From the NCBI GenBank assembly GCA_964561365.1, contig CAZLPF010000005.1:1-55825 (forward strand): a stretch of DNA of 55,825 nt, given 5' to 3'. This DNA comes from an uncultured Candidatus Saccharibacteria bacterium (GTDB lineage Bacteria; Patescibacteriota; Doudnabacteria; UBA920). Both the position numbers and the translations under genes were made by a program. The notes beneath the pieces are model-generated. The model was not told the DNA's origin, ran no database searches, and saw only the letters and a program-made list of their open reading frames with translations. This document shows positions 39,075 to 47,388 of this stretch, one piece after another. Every line of letters begins with the position of its first letter. The stretch's first letter is position 1.

Positions 39075-40056
39075 CAAATCTGAAATTGAGATCTACCGGG
39101 CCCCGGGAGGCCCGGAGCTCGCCATTCGCTTCGAGGGCGAGACGTTTTGGATGAGCCTGCAGCAAATGGCCACGCTGTTCGGCAGGGACAAGTCGGTCAT
39201 CTCGCGGCACATTAAGAACATCTATAAAGACGCAGAGCTAAGCCAAAAGTCAGTTGTTGCATTTTTTGCAACAACTGGGCCGGACGGCAAAACCTACCGC
39301 GTTGAGCACTTCAGCTTGGACATGGCCATTTCCGTCGGGTACCGGGTCAGCTCCCGGCAGGGAACCCAGTTCCGAATTTGGGCAACCCAGCGGCTGAACG
39401 ACTACCTGCTGAAGGGCTACGCCATTAACGAGCGGCGGCTCAAGGAGAGCGGGCAGGTAAAACTCCGCGAGCTCGAGGGCGCCAACCGCCTGCTCCGGAG
39501 CGTTATTGAGTCGCGCAAGGCCGAAGGCTACGAGCGTGAGCTGCTGTCCATTATTACCGACTACACGGCCACGTGGTTGACGCTGCAGCGCTACGATGAG
39601 GGCACGCTCGAGGTCGGCCAGGGCACGCGGCGCAAGGCTGCGCAGCTCAAGTCCGAAGACTTGCGTAAAATCATTTTGAAGTTTAAAGCCCGGCTCATCT
39701 CGCGCGGCGAGGCTGGTTCGCTGTTCGGCCAGGAGACGGGTGGGAGGTTTGAGGCCGCGCTCAAGTCGGTAGATCAGACCTTCGGCGGCAAGGATCTGTA
39801 CGTCTCGCTCGAAGAAAAGGCGGCGCACCTGCTCTACTTCCTCATCAAAGACCACCCGTTCGCCGACGGGAACAAGCGCATCGCCTCGCTCGTCTTTTTA
39901 CTCTACCTGCTCGAGAACCGCCTGCTCATGAGCAAAAAAGGCGAGCGGCGGGTGAATGACTCGACCCTCGCGGCCCTCGCCCTGCTCGTAGCCGAGAGCA
40001 AGCCGGACCAGAGAGATGTTATGTGCGCCCTCGTGGCCAGCTTGCTGACTAGGTAA
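39061..40056 (+). CDS. RhuM-like N-terminal domain fused to Fic/Doc domain
   Basis: FWMSLQQMATLF, SVGYRV, FRIWAT (RhuM); HPFADGNKR (Fic/Doc). Confidence 0.9.
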   Translation: MDEINKSEIEIYRAPGGPELAIRFEGETFWMSLQQMATLFGRDKSVISRHIKNIYKDAELSQKSVVAFFATTGPDGKTYRVEHFSLDMAISVGYRVSSRQGTQFRIWATQRLNDYLLKGYAINERRLKESGQVKLRELEGANRLLRSVIESRKAEGYERELLSIITDYTATWLTLQRYDEGTLEVGQGTRRKAAQLKSEDLRKIILKFKARLISRGEAGSLFGQETGGRFEAALKSVDQTFGGKDLYVSLEEKAAHLLYFLIKDHPFADGNKRIASLVFLLYLLENRLLMSKKGERRVNDSTLAALALLVAESKPDQRDVMCALVASLLTR

Positions 40057-40057
40057 A

Positions 40058-40097
40058 AAATAAAAAAGCTCCGCATCGCTGCGGAGCTTTTTTATTT
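40058..40097. terminator. Bidirectional intrinsic terminator
   Basis: 18-bp stem AAATAAAAAAGCTCCGCA/TGCGGAGCTTTTTTATTT. Confidence 0.85.
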
Positions 40098-40102
40098 CAG
40101 AG

Positions 40103-40372
40103 CTACTTTTTGACGAGCTTGCCAATGGCTTTCGCCATGCGGCTCTTCTTGCGGGAGGCGGTGTTCTTGTGAACCACGCCGCGCTTGGTGGCTTTGTCGA
40201 GAGCGGCCATGGCCTTCTTTAAGGCCTCGGCGGCTTCGCTCGCCTTGCCGGCGGCCACGAGCTTGCGGACTTCCTTGATGGCACTCTTCACCGCGTCCTT
40301 GCGGACGAGGTTGCGGGCGCGGCGGCGGATGTTTTGGCGCATGGCCTTCTGCGCCGACTTGGTGTTGGGCAT
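40103..40372 (-). CDS. rpsT: 30S ribosomal protein S20
   Basis: MPNTKSAQKAMRQ, VVHKNTASRKKSR. Confidence 0.97.
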   Translation of the reverse strand: MPNTKSAQKAMRQNIRRRARNLVRKDAVKSAIKEVRKLVAAGKASEAAEALKKAMAALDKATKRGVVHKNTASRKKSRMAKAIGKLVKK

Positions 40373-40906
40373 TCGTTCGTTACGTTAGTGCGATTTGCTG
40401 TGTGCGCCGAGCGGTGGCGCTGCGAACACGGTGGACGTATTCTAGCGAAACCAACAATAAAAAACAAGAGGATTTTATATACGTGCCTACCCTGAAATTA
40501 GTGCGCCAATCCGTGTCCCGTTAGGCAACGCTTGTAGTAATAATTCCAACTTGCTGTTATGCTAGATTCAATATAAGCGTAGCCGTTTGTAGCCTCTAAC
40601 GAATACAGTTCTCTAATTTTTTAAAGGACGATAACTACACAAATAAAAGGCGAACGTTAGTACACCAACCAGTACGATCATTAGTTATACTTTGAACCAG
40701 TTATGGGTCAGCCAGTGCATAGCTTGACAGTTTATTGATAAGATGATAGAATATTTTGCTATACTAAATGTAGCTTCTGAAGGTTTTGAAAACAGAGTGG
40801 TCCCGCTGGCGGAATTTGTACCCGCAAGTACGGGCAGTACAAAGGTTAACAAGATCATCACGTTTGCTAATTTCGCCACGGAGGGACAACCCTACTTTTG
40901 AAAATC

Positions 40907-40982
40907 AGAACGCCCGTAGGGCGGGGAACTGGCGTTAATAAGTGCCATGGATGGCTCCAGTCCCCCGCCCTACGGGCGTTCT
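40907..40982. repeat. 26-bp inverted repeat (1 mismatch) with 24-nt spacer
   Basis: AGAACGCCCGTAGGGCGGGGAACTGG ... CCAGTCCCCCGCCCTACGGGCGTTCT. Confidence 0.85.
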
Positions 40983-40985
40983 TTT

Positions 40986-41759
40986 TTATTCCGACTCCGC
41001 TTCTTGTGGGCCGGGATTTTTATTTTCTGCTGGATTGTCCTTGGGGAGCGCTTTGTCAGCAAAGGCTTCTAGAGCTTTTTTCAGGGTAAACCAGTCGGCA
41101 TTTAATTGTTCGTCATCAAGTAAACGATTTTTTAGTGTTGCTGGCAAATTTAACACCAACCTGCCATCAGCTACTGGCGTCGGAGAAAAGCCGTGTAAAT
41201 TTTCGGGCAGATGTTCTTCGTGCTTGTGGACCGCAGCCGCAGCTTTAGTTTTTGCGGCTGGCGTTCCGGTTTTCGCCTTCGACTCTCTCTTTCTTGACGC
41301 AACCGTGCCCTCTGGTTTCAGCCCGGCATACTCACAGAGCTTGTAAAAGAATGGTATAGCAGTGGTCGCGATGCGTTTTGACAGGCCGTACTGGGCAACA
41401 AATTCGTTATAAAGATCGACCTGGGGCAAGTTCTGGGGATTATCGACGCTATCGAATAATTTTTTATAAGCTGTCCGCACAATTTTTTCGAATTCAGCTT
41501 TCCTCGCTTCACCCTGTATCCGGAGCTTGGCCATTGCTTCGGTTGGTTGCCCGGCGTCGTTTACTAGGCCCAAGAACTTCAGGGCGTTGAATGCGAGCAA
41601 GGCATCGTTAGGGCTAAACCCCCGGGCAGTAAAGAAAGAAACTGAAACCTCGGTCAGGTTACGGGTGGAAATGAGCTCAATAGTCTGCACGAGCTTTACC
41701 ACGCTGAAATAAGGGGGGGTTATCTGTCTAGGTTTTTGGGGTTCGGTACTTGTAGTCAT
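40986..41759 (-). CDS. DUF5343-like hypothetical protein
   Basis: PPY...GFS...ALKFLGLVNDAGQPT pattern recalled for DUF5343; low GC; TTGACA-17-TATAAC promoter upstream. Confidence 0.6.
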   Translation of the reverse strand: MTTSTEPQKPRQITPPYFSVVKLVQTIELISTRNLTEVSVSFFTARGFSPNDALLAFNALKFLGLVNDAGQPTEAMAKLRIQGEARKAEFEKIVRTAYKKLFDSVDNPQNLPQVDLYNEFVAQYGLSKRIATTAIPFFYKLCEYAGLKPEGTVASRKRESKAKTGTPAAKTKAAAAVHKHEEHLPENLHGFSPTPVADGRLVLNLPATLKNRLLDDEQLNADWFTLKKALEAFADKALPKDNPAENKNPGPQEAESE

Positions 41760-41987
41760 ATAAGTTCATGTTATAGGAATCCCAATTATGTGTCAATACC
41801 CATTTTTATTGGGGTTTTTCACTTCTGGGGTTGTGGCCAAAGACTTCATGGGGATTCTAAAACAAGTACTTGAATTGGTCAATATATCGCGGTGGTTTTT
41901 TATAAATCTTCATTTTTGGCTTACTTATAAGGGATAATATACTTATTCTGACTTAACAACCTTAAACTATCTTGCTTCTATACATTT

Positions 41988-42187
41988 ATGAACACAATAC
42001 AATTCACCAACCTAATAGAGTTTATGCCGTATTTTAAGGACGAGGCCGCCTGCACCCATTATTTCGAGCAAATCCGCTTCGGGACGGGGAATACTGCCCC
42101 CATTGCCGCAACCCTAAAATCTACCGCATGAATGACGGCAAAAGATTCCGTTGCGTCCGTTGCCAAAAGGACTTCACTATATTATAA
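41988..42187 (+). pseudogene. IS1595-family transposase N-terminal remnant (frameshifted, truncated)
   Basis: FKDEAACTHYFEQIRF, then in a shifted frame DGEYCPHCRNPKIYRMNDGKRFRCVRCQKDFTIL* (zinc ribbon). Confidence 0.8.
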
Positions 42188-42268
42188 ATCCCAAAACAAG
42201 GGTTTCGGACCCCCTTGCGCCGGCGGCTCGGTAGGAATAGAGTGCCTTGAATTTCCGGGAGGTAACAT

Positions 42269-42883
42269 ATGTTTTCAGCTTTCAGCGTCGCCGATGCGAT
42301 GCGCGCGGTAATCTTTCACGTGCTAACGGTAGCGGGTCTTTCGTGGTACTGCTACTGCGGCATCGTCCGACGTACAACCACTAACTTCTTTGTCTGGGTT
42401 ACGCTCGCGGCTGTTGGCTGCATTGCAGCCTGGCAGGGTATCGACGTTTTACCCGTCCCGTGGTTCCTGTTCGTCATTATGGCTTTCGTGGTCGTCATGG
42501 TTGAGAACCCAGGCGACCAAAAGGAAGAAATTGAACGAAATCGTGCGTTCGATGTTCCGGTTTGGATCGCGCTGCTGCTCGCGACGGTCGGGCGGTTGTT
42601 CGGACTCAGCGACGCGAACGCCGGGTACTGCCTGCTCGCCGTCGTGGCTTTGGTCGGAATTCGGTTGCTCGTGAAGGTTAGCAGCGGCCCATCCTCTGAG
42701 CCGCTATTGGCCTGGGCCTGCATCGCTTCGGCCGCGGTGTTTAAGACGACATCTGCGTGGTCCTCCTACGATACCGTAGCGCTCGGAGACGTGGTATGGC
42801 TGGCGTTTAGCCTCACCTTGCTACTCGGGGGTCTCGCTGTCCGCGCCGTGTGCTACCTCTCTCTGGCTGGAGTTGCCCGCTGA
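42269..42883 (+). CDS. Multi-TM hypothetical membrane protein
   Basis: RBS GGGAGG; about 6-7 hydrophobic segments. Confidence 0.75.
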   Translation: MFSAFSVADAMRAVIFHVLTVAGLSWYCYCGIVRRTTTNFFVWVTLAAVGCIAAWQGIDVLPVPWFLFVIMAFVVVMVENPGDQKEEIERNRAFDVPVWIALLLATVGRLFGLSDANAGYCLLAVVALVGIRLLVKVSSGPSSEPLLAWACIASAAVFKTTSAWSSYDTVALGDVVWLAFSLTLLLGGLAVRAVCYLSLAGVAR

Positions 42884-42942
42884 AGTGTGCCACACCATAC
42901 TATTTGCCCCGCGCGTTCGTCGAACGCGCGGGGCATGCTGTT

Positions 42943-43389
42943 TTATCGCCGTTTGTAGCGTCGGATCGGTCCGGCGTCCCACTGGGCAGTCAGGCTGAAT
43001 TTGTGGCCGTGGAGTGGGCCGGTAATCCACGAGAGGGTGAATTTTTCGCCGATCCTCAGCCATAAACCCCGCGCTACGGTTTTCCGCGGGCCGAGATTTA
43101 TGACCTGCTGCACCGTGCCAACATCCAGGCGGTGCGGCTTTTCTGTTCCCTCGGCGGGAACGAAAACGGTCAGCGATGACGAACAGCCCGTGAGCGTTCC
43201 CTGCGGCTGGCGTCTGGTATCGTCCCCCGCGCACGGCGCGGCGGTGGCGAGGTGCGGCTGCACCGCCTCCTGCATTCCGTGTGCCGCTGCCCCCCAAACG
43301 AGGGCCTGCTGCGCCGGCTGCGCACCTACAAAACCAGTGAAACAAACAACTGCCGTAACGGCGAGCAATACCCTCGTTAAAATTTTCAT
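42943..43389 (-). CDS. Secreted hypothetical protein (148 aa)
   Basis: Signal peptide MKILTRVLLAVTAVVCFTGFVGA. Confidence 0.65.
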   Translation of the reverse strand: MKILTRVLLAVTAVVCFTGFVGAQPAQQALVWGAAAHGMQEAVQPHLATAAPCAGDDTRRQPQGTLTGCSSSLTVFVPAEGTEKPHRLDVGTVQQVINLGPRKTVARGLWLRIGEKFTLSWITGPLHGHKFSLTAQWDAGPIRRYKRR

Positions 43390-43472
43390 ACGTGAACCCT
43401 ACACCTCGCCCCTGCTTCCGGCAAATGAAAAGGACCCGCGGCGTTGTGTAGCCGCGGATCCTATCGTGCAGT

Positions 43473-44087
43473 TTACCGGACGGTGTAGGCGAGCCCTACC
43501 CCGACGGTTTTTGTGGCGCTCCCCCGAAAGCGAACGGGGATGCCGTACTCGGCGAGAAAGGTCAGCTTGCCGACCGGTACGGCGATGCCGACTGGTACGT
43601 TCAGCACCGGATCGGGCGGCGTGAACAGCTTGCCGGCCGCTTGCCCGAGCGGAACCAGGCTGCTGAGGCCCACGTACGGAGAGTACGCGAACTTCTTTAC
43701 CTTCAGGTCCCAGCTCCCGAGCAGTGCCGCAAAGTAGGTAACCGCGCCGTCCCCCCGCCGGTTTACCGGGACATTCAGGAGCTGAAAAGTCCCCAGGTTT
43801 CCGTACTTCGATTTTATGAAGTTCACGTTGAACCCTGGTGTTGCGGTGAACTGCGTCCGGCCAGTCGTAGTTGTGTGCGTCACGCAACCGTAGGCATCAA
43901 CGCGGTTGTTGATGCCGTACGCCACGCAGCCGTAGCTGAATGCTACCTTCGGCAGGCCTTCGGTCAAAATCAGGTTCGGCCCAATGAAAGCCGTAACTTT
44001 GTCGGTACCCGAGGTCGTCGGGACGTTGAGCGTCTGCGCCTGGAGCGCGGCGGCGAGCATCGCCAAAAAAACCGTTTTCACGAACAT
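43473..44087 (-). CDS. Secreted beta-strand-rich protein (204 aa)
   Basis: Own RBS CAGGAGG, ATG 44087, signal peptide MFVKTVFLAMLAAALQA; alternating polar/hydrophobic strands; in frame with the upstream ORF. Confidence 0.7.
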   Translation of the reverse strand: MFVKTVFLAMLAAALQAQTLNVPTTSGTDKVTAFIGPNLILTEGLPKVAFSYGCVAYGINNRVDAYGCVTHTTTTGRTQFTATPGFNVNFIKSKYGNLGTFQLLNVPVNRRGDGAVTYFAALLGSWDLKVKKFAYSPYVGLSSLVPLGQAAGKLFTPPDPVLNVPVGIAVPVGKLTFLAEYGIPVRFRGSATKTVGVGLAYTVR

Positions 44088-44366
44088 GGTGTGTCCTCCT
44101 GTAACGTTTGGGAATCCAATTCCGGATTTCTGATGCGGCATCAGGCTCCCGGAAAGGGAGGGAAGCGCCCGGTAGAGGTGCTTCCCGAGGTTGGGGTCGA
44201 TGGCTGCTGCGGCGAGGCACAGCAGCAGGGCGATGGCCCACAGCACGAGCGCGTCGTGGAGGGCGGTCATCCGTTGCTGTTCGGTCGTTGCGCGCGTGTA
44301 GCGTACAGCATTCGAGAGAACCGCTGCCGCCATAAATATCCAAGAGAACCCTAGAAATACGAACAT
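44088..44366 (-). CDS. Small two-TM ORF with no stop, reading into the downstream gene
   Basis: RBS TAAGGAGG, ATG 44366; two hydrophobic segments; its 3' part is the repeated intergenic element. Confidence 0.5.
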
Positions 44367-44401
44367 GAGAACCTCCTTATGTGCAGCCTCTTTAGCGCTG
44401 G

Positions 44402-44665
44402 CTAGGCGTCGAGCGCTGGTAACCGCTCGGTGAATTTCTTTCCGCCGATGCGTCGGTAGTCAGCGGCGAGCGCGTCGTACCACCCGGGCAGCGTATTCCG
44501 CTCATCGATGCGACACTCGGTGAGCAGCTGCAGCGCCGCGCGCAGCTCTTGCGACCGGCCTCGGTTCAGGGTGGGGAAGCCGTCCTGTTTGTGGCACCAC
44601 ACCGTGCGGATCGCGTCGAGCAGCTGTTCGTAACCGCTGATTTTCATGCCAATTACCATGTACAT
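44402..44665 (-). CDS. Hypothetical protein (first gene of cassette 1)
   Basis: RBS AAGGAG after a sigma70 promoter; 87 aa. Confidence 0.65.
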   Translation of the reverse strand: MYMVIGMKISGYEQLLDAIRTVWCHKQDGFPTLNRGRSQELRAALQLLTECRIDERNTLPGWYDALAADYRRIGGKKFTERLPALDA

Positions 44666-44692
44666 GCCCTTCTCCTTTTTGTTTGAAGAGAC

Positions 44693-44827
44693 ATAGTACC
44701 ATAAAGAATCATTTAGGTCAATAAGTATGATTATTAAAGTTTAAAAAACTGTTTTATTTAAAAGATAAATTTAGATATACTTATAATAATCAAAAAAATT
44801 GACTAAGCACTTCATTTGCCATACCAT
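44693..44827. promoter_or_regulatory. Divergent sigma70 promoters with palindromic operator candidates (cassette 1)
   Basis: Minus: TTGACC-17-TACTAT. Plus: TTGACT-17-TACCAT. TCA-N7-TGA over both -35 boxes. Confidence 0.7.
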
Positions 44828-44833
44828 TAATGC

Positions 44834-45580
44834 ATGGAATTAACCGACGTTTTGCGTTCCGCCGGTCTCAGCGACAAAGAGGCGGCTGTTTACCTCGCGC
44901 TCCTCGAGCTCGGGCCGTCGACCGCCTACCGCATTGGTCCGAAGGCCAAACTGAAACGGCCGATAACCTACGTTGTTCTGGAGCAGCTACAGCGGCGGGG
45001 GTTGACCTCGGTGGTGCCCCAGGGCGACCGGAAGCTGTACGTCGCTTCAGAGCCGGGCAAGCTCCTCGGCGAGCTTGAGCACAGCCGTGAACTGTACAAG
45101 CGGTTCTTGCCGAACTTCGAAGCGCTCTACCAGAGCACCGAGGGGAAAGAGAAACCCCAGGTGCAGCTCTTTGAGGGTGACGAGGGCATCCGTCACGTCT
45201 ACGACGAGATCCTGAAAGCGCGCGAGGTCAGTTTTTTTGCGACAATCCGCGACTTCATGGAATTTTATCCGGAGTTTGCCGATGAGCTCATCGCGGGCGC
45301 GAACGCCGGCCGCCTGCGCGTGCGAGAAATTTTGAGCCAAAACCCTGCCGATCTCGCCTTCGCCGCGCGGGTTCGCGGAACCGCGAACTATGAGCATCGG
45401 CTCGCGCACGCCGGCAGCGAATTTCTGACGGACAACTGCCTGTTCTCGAACAAGGTGACTTTTTTTGCCTACCAGCCGTTCCGCTTCGCGGTCGTAATCT
45501 CGAGCAAGGCAATCTGCCAGTCCATAACCACGCTGTTCGAGCTGGCTTGGCGGGCCGCCACGCCGCTGGGCGAACGGTAG
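44834..45580 (+). CDS. TrmB-family winged-helix transcriptional regulator
   Basis: GLSDKEAAVYLALLELG...KLKRPITYVVLEQL, VQLFEGDEGI; C-terminal effector-like domain. Confidence 0.88.
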   Translation: MELTDVLRSAGLSDKEAAVYLALLELGPSTAYRIGPKAKLKRPITYVVLEQLQRRGLTSVVPQGDRKLYVASEPGKLLGELEHSRELYKRFLPNFEALYQSTEGKEKPQVQLFEGDEGIRHVYDEILKAREVSFFATIRDFMEFYPEFADELIAGANAGRLRVREILSQNPADLAFAARVRGTANYEHRLAHAGSEFLTDNCLFSNKVTFFAYQPFRFAVVISSKAICQSITTLFELAWRAATPLGER

Positions 45581-45595
45581 TTCGTACCGACCTTC

Positions 45596-45671
45596 TGTAC
45601 CTCCTCTGGGCACCCAACTGACTTGCGGTGCTCGGAGGAAGTGGGGAAGCGCGCGGCTTCCCCGAGGTTGT
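45596..45671 (-). repeat. Repeated intergenic element, copy E (no start codon follows)
   Basis: AACCTCGGGAAGC...GCTTCCCCACTTCC-hairpin-GAGGAGG. Confidence 0.6.
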
Positions 45672-46511
45672 TTATCCACCCGCTCTTTTCCAGGAGTGAG
45701 AGCTACCGAAGTAAGCGGTTCCGCCCTGGTGGAGGGGGTCGTGGATTTCCCCGAAGCGCGGCGTGCAGCCGTCTTTCCCGAGCAGTGGCAGGAATTCGAC
45801 CACGTCGAGCCCCGCGGCAGCGAACGCCCGCAGGTCCCGCCGCGGTCCGCCGCCTTTGTTGTGGGCGTCCGTCGCCGCTTGCCAGCGCCCTCCCGCGAGC
45901 TGGCCTGCGACAGCGTTCAACACGTCCCAGTCTTCTGTTCTCAAGGGGTGGTAGGCCGCGAGCTTCTTTTCAAGGGAGTAGGCGCACTGGTGCGGCCCCT
46001 CCCGCTCCACGAGCTCGCAGAACCACTGGCCGAGTTCGTTCATCCACCAGCTACCGAGCTTGCCGATGCAGGCGGCGACGAACACATCGTCCAGGAGCCA
46101 GTGGTTGATGCGTTCCGCGCCCTGCATCCAGTCTGTTGCTTTGCCCTGGTCCCACACGAGCTCGCGCTCGGTGGTATCGGCTGCGGTGGAGATGAGGAGC
46201 AGGTCTTCGAGCACGAGTGGTTCTTGTATGGCGCCAATCGTCCTCAGCAACTCCTTGCGGCAGCGCAGGAACAGCTCCTTGAGTGACGATTTCTGACGAA
46301 CGCGCTCGGAGCCGCTGTAGATAATGCCGACAGCGTTGGTAACGTCGGCGTCATCGGCGTGGCTCTTCGATGCCCACAGCGCCCGCTGTAGGACGTTGTA
46401 GTCGCGTGCGCTGAGCAGGGCCTCGGTGAGCCGCAGCCGAGCGACGGCATTTGCGAACGGGTAGGGCTCAATTGCCTTCCGCAGAGCTGCGGATTCATTT
46501 TCGTTTTTCAT
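45672..46511 (-). CDS. Hypothetical helical protein (279 aa)
   Basis: RBS CAGGAGG; no recognised motif. Confidence 0.7.
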   Translation of the reverse strand: MKNENESAALRKAIEPYPFANAVARLRLTEALLSARDYNVLQRALWASKSHADDADVTNAVGIIYSGSERVRQKSSLKELFLRCRKELLRTIGAIQEPLVLEDLLLISTAADTTERELVWDQGKATDWMQGAERINHWLLDDVFVAACIGKLGSWWMNELGQWFCELVEREGPHQCAYSLEKKLAAYHPLRTEDWDVLNAVAGQLAGGRWQAATDAHNKGGGPRRDLRAFAAAGLDVVEFLPLLGKDGCTPRFGEIHDPLHQGGTAYFGSSHSWKRAGG

Positions 46512-46623
46512 GTACGTATCCTCCTGGGGTTTCCTGTTTCCAGTCCGCTATGCATTGCGGCCTGGAAAGGGGAGGGAAGCTGGTCTGGGCAGGGTACCGG
46601 GCTTCCCGAGGGTTTGGTGGTCG
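46512..46623 (-). repeat. Repeated intergenic element, copy A
   Basis: CCCTCGGGAAGC...GCTTCCCTCCCCTTTCCAGG...AATGCATAG...CTGGAA...CAGGAGG. Confidence 0.75.
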
Positions 46624-47007
46624 TTAGTCCACGGTGACGTGCTCGAGCGCTCTGTCACCGAGGAGCTCTCGGACCGCGCCAACCAAGACTTTCACGTTCA
46701 GGCAATCGCCGAAGTTCGAGCCCCACCTGCGGAGGCGGAAACTCGCCTGGCCTTTACCGCGAACGGTGGCTTCGACGTCTTCCGGCTTCAGGCCTGCTTC
46801 CTCTACTGCCGCGACGACCGCGGTGACAATCCCAAATACCGGGCCGTAGAGCTGGGCCCCCGAGGGCATCGGGCTTCCGTTGTGGTAGTAGACGATCTGC
46901 AGGCACTCCAAACAGAAGCTCACTTCAACGAGCGCTACTCCGGTTTGGGTGTTTCCGTAGATGTGGCGCACGCGCGCACAGAAACGGTCAATCCTGGTCA
47001 TGGTCAC
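46624..47007 (-). CDS. Hypothetical protein (127 aa)
   Basis: RBS TAGGAGG 8 nt before GTG; contains CLEC. Confidence 0.65.
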   Translation of the reverse strand: MTMTRIDRFCARVRHIYGNTQTGVALVEVSFCLECLQIVYYHNGSPMPSGAQLYGPVFGIVTAVVAAVEEAGLKPEDVEATVRGKGQASFRLRRWGSNFGDCLNVKVLVGAVRELLGDRALEHVTVD

Positions 47008-47097
47008 TTACTGTTCCTCCTATGGTTCCAACGTTCAGCGAGCGAGCGCGTCGTTCGCTAAAAGAGAGAGGGAAGCTAGGCTTCCCTTGCGTTTCCG
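47008..47097 (-). repeat. Repeated intergenic element, copy D
   Basis: GGGAAGC-CTA-GCTTCCC TCTCTCTTTTAGCGA...TCGCTGAA CGTTGGAACC ATAGGAGG. Confidence 0.7.
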
Positions 47098-47388
47098 CTA
47101 TTCGCTAACGTCCGATTCCGGTTCACGGACCTCGTAGTGGGTGCCGGTCGTCGCCATGAGGGTCTGGTAGGCCTGCGCGGCGAGCGAGAGCGAGCCGACG
47201 ATGCTGGCCCGGCTGCTCCGGTTCTTCTCCATGCCGAGCTTGTCGGCGACCTCTTCCCACGTGGCGTGTTTGAATTCGGTCGAAAGCTCACAGTACGCGG
47301 CCACGATGCCCTTCGTCCGCTCGGTCATGTCGAGTTCGTTCGCACCTCGGCGGAGCGCGTCGGGTGAATACTTTTCATAAAGAGCCAT
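47098..47388 (-). CDS. Small hypothetical protein, possible HTH
   Basis: RBS CAGGAGG, ATG 47388; ATWEEVADKLGMEKNRSSRASI resembles an HTH. Confidence 0.65.
   Translation of the reverse strand: MALYEKYSPDALRRGANELDMTERTKGIVAAYCELSTEFKHATWEEVADKLGMEKNRSSRASIVGSLSLAAQAYQTLMATTGTHYEVREPESDVSE

Noticed and set aside
40685-40901. Short ORFs in the AT-rich stretch (40685-40879 minus; 40743-40901 plus)
   Set aside because: No clear RBS or motif; may be decayed coding sequence but not supportable.
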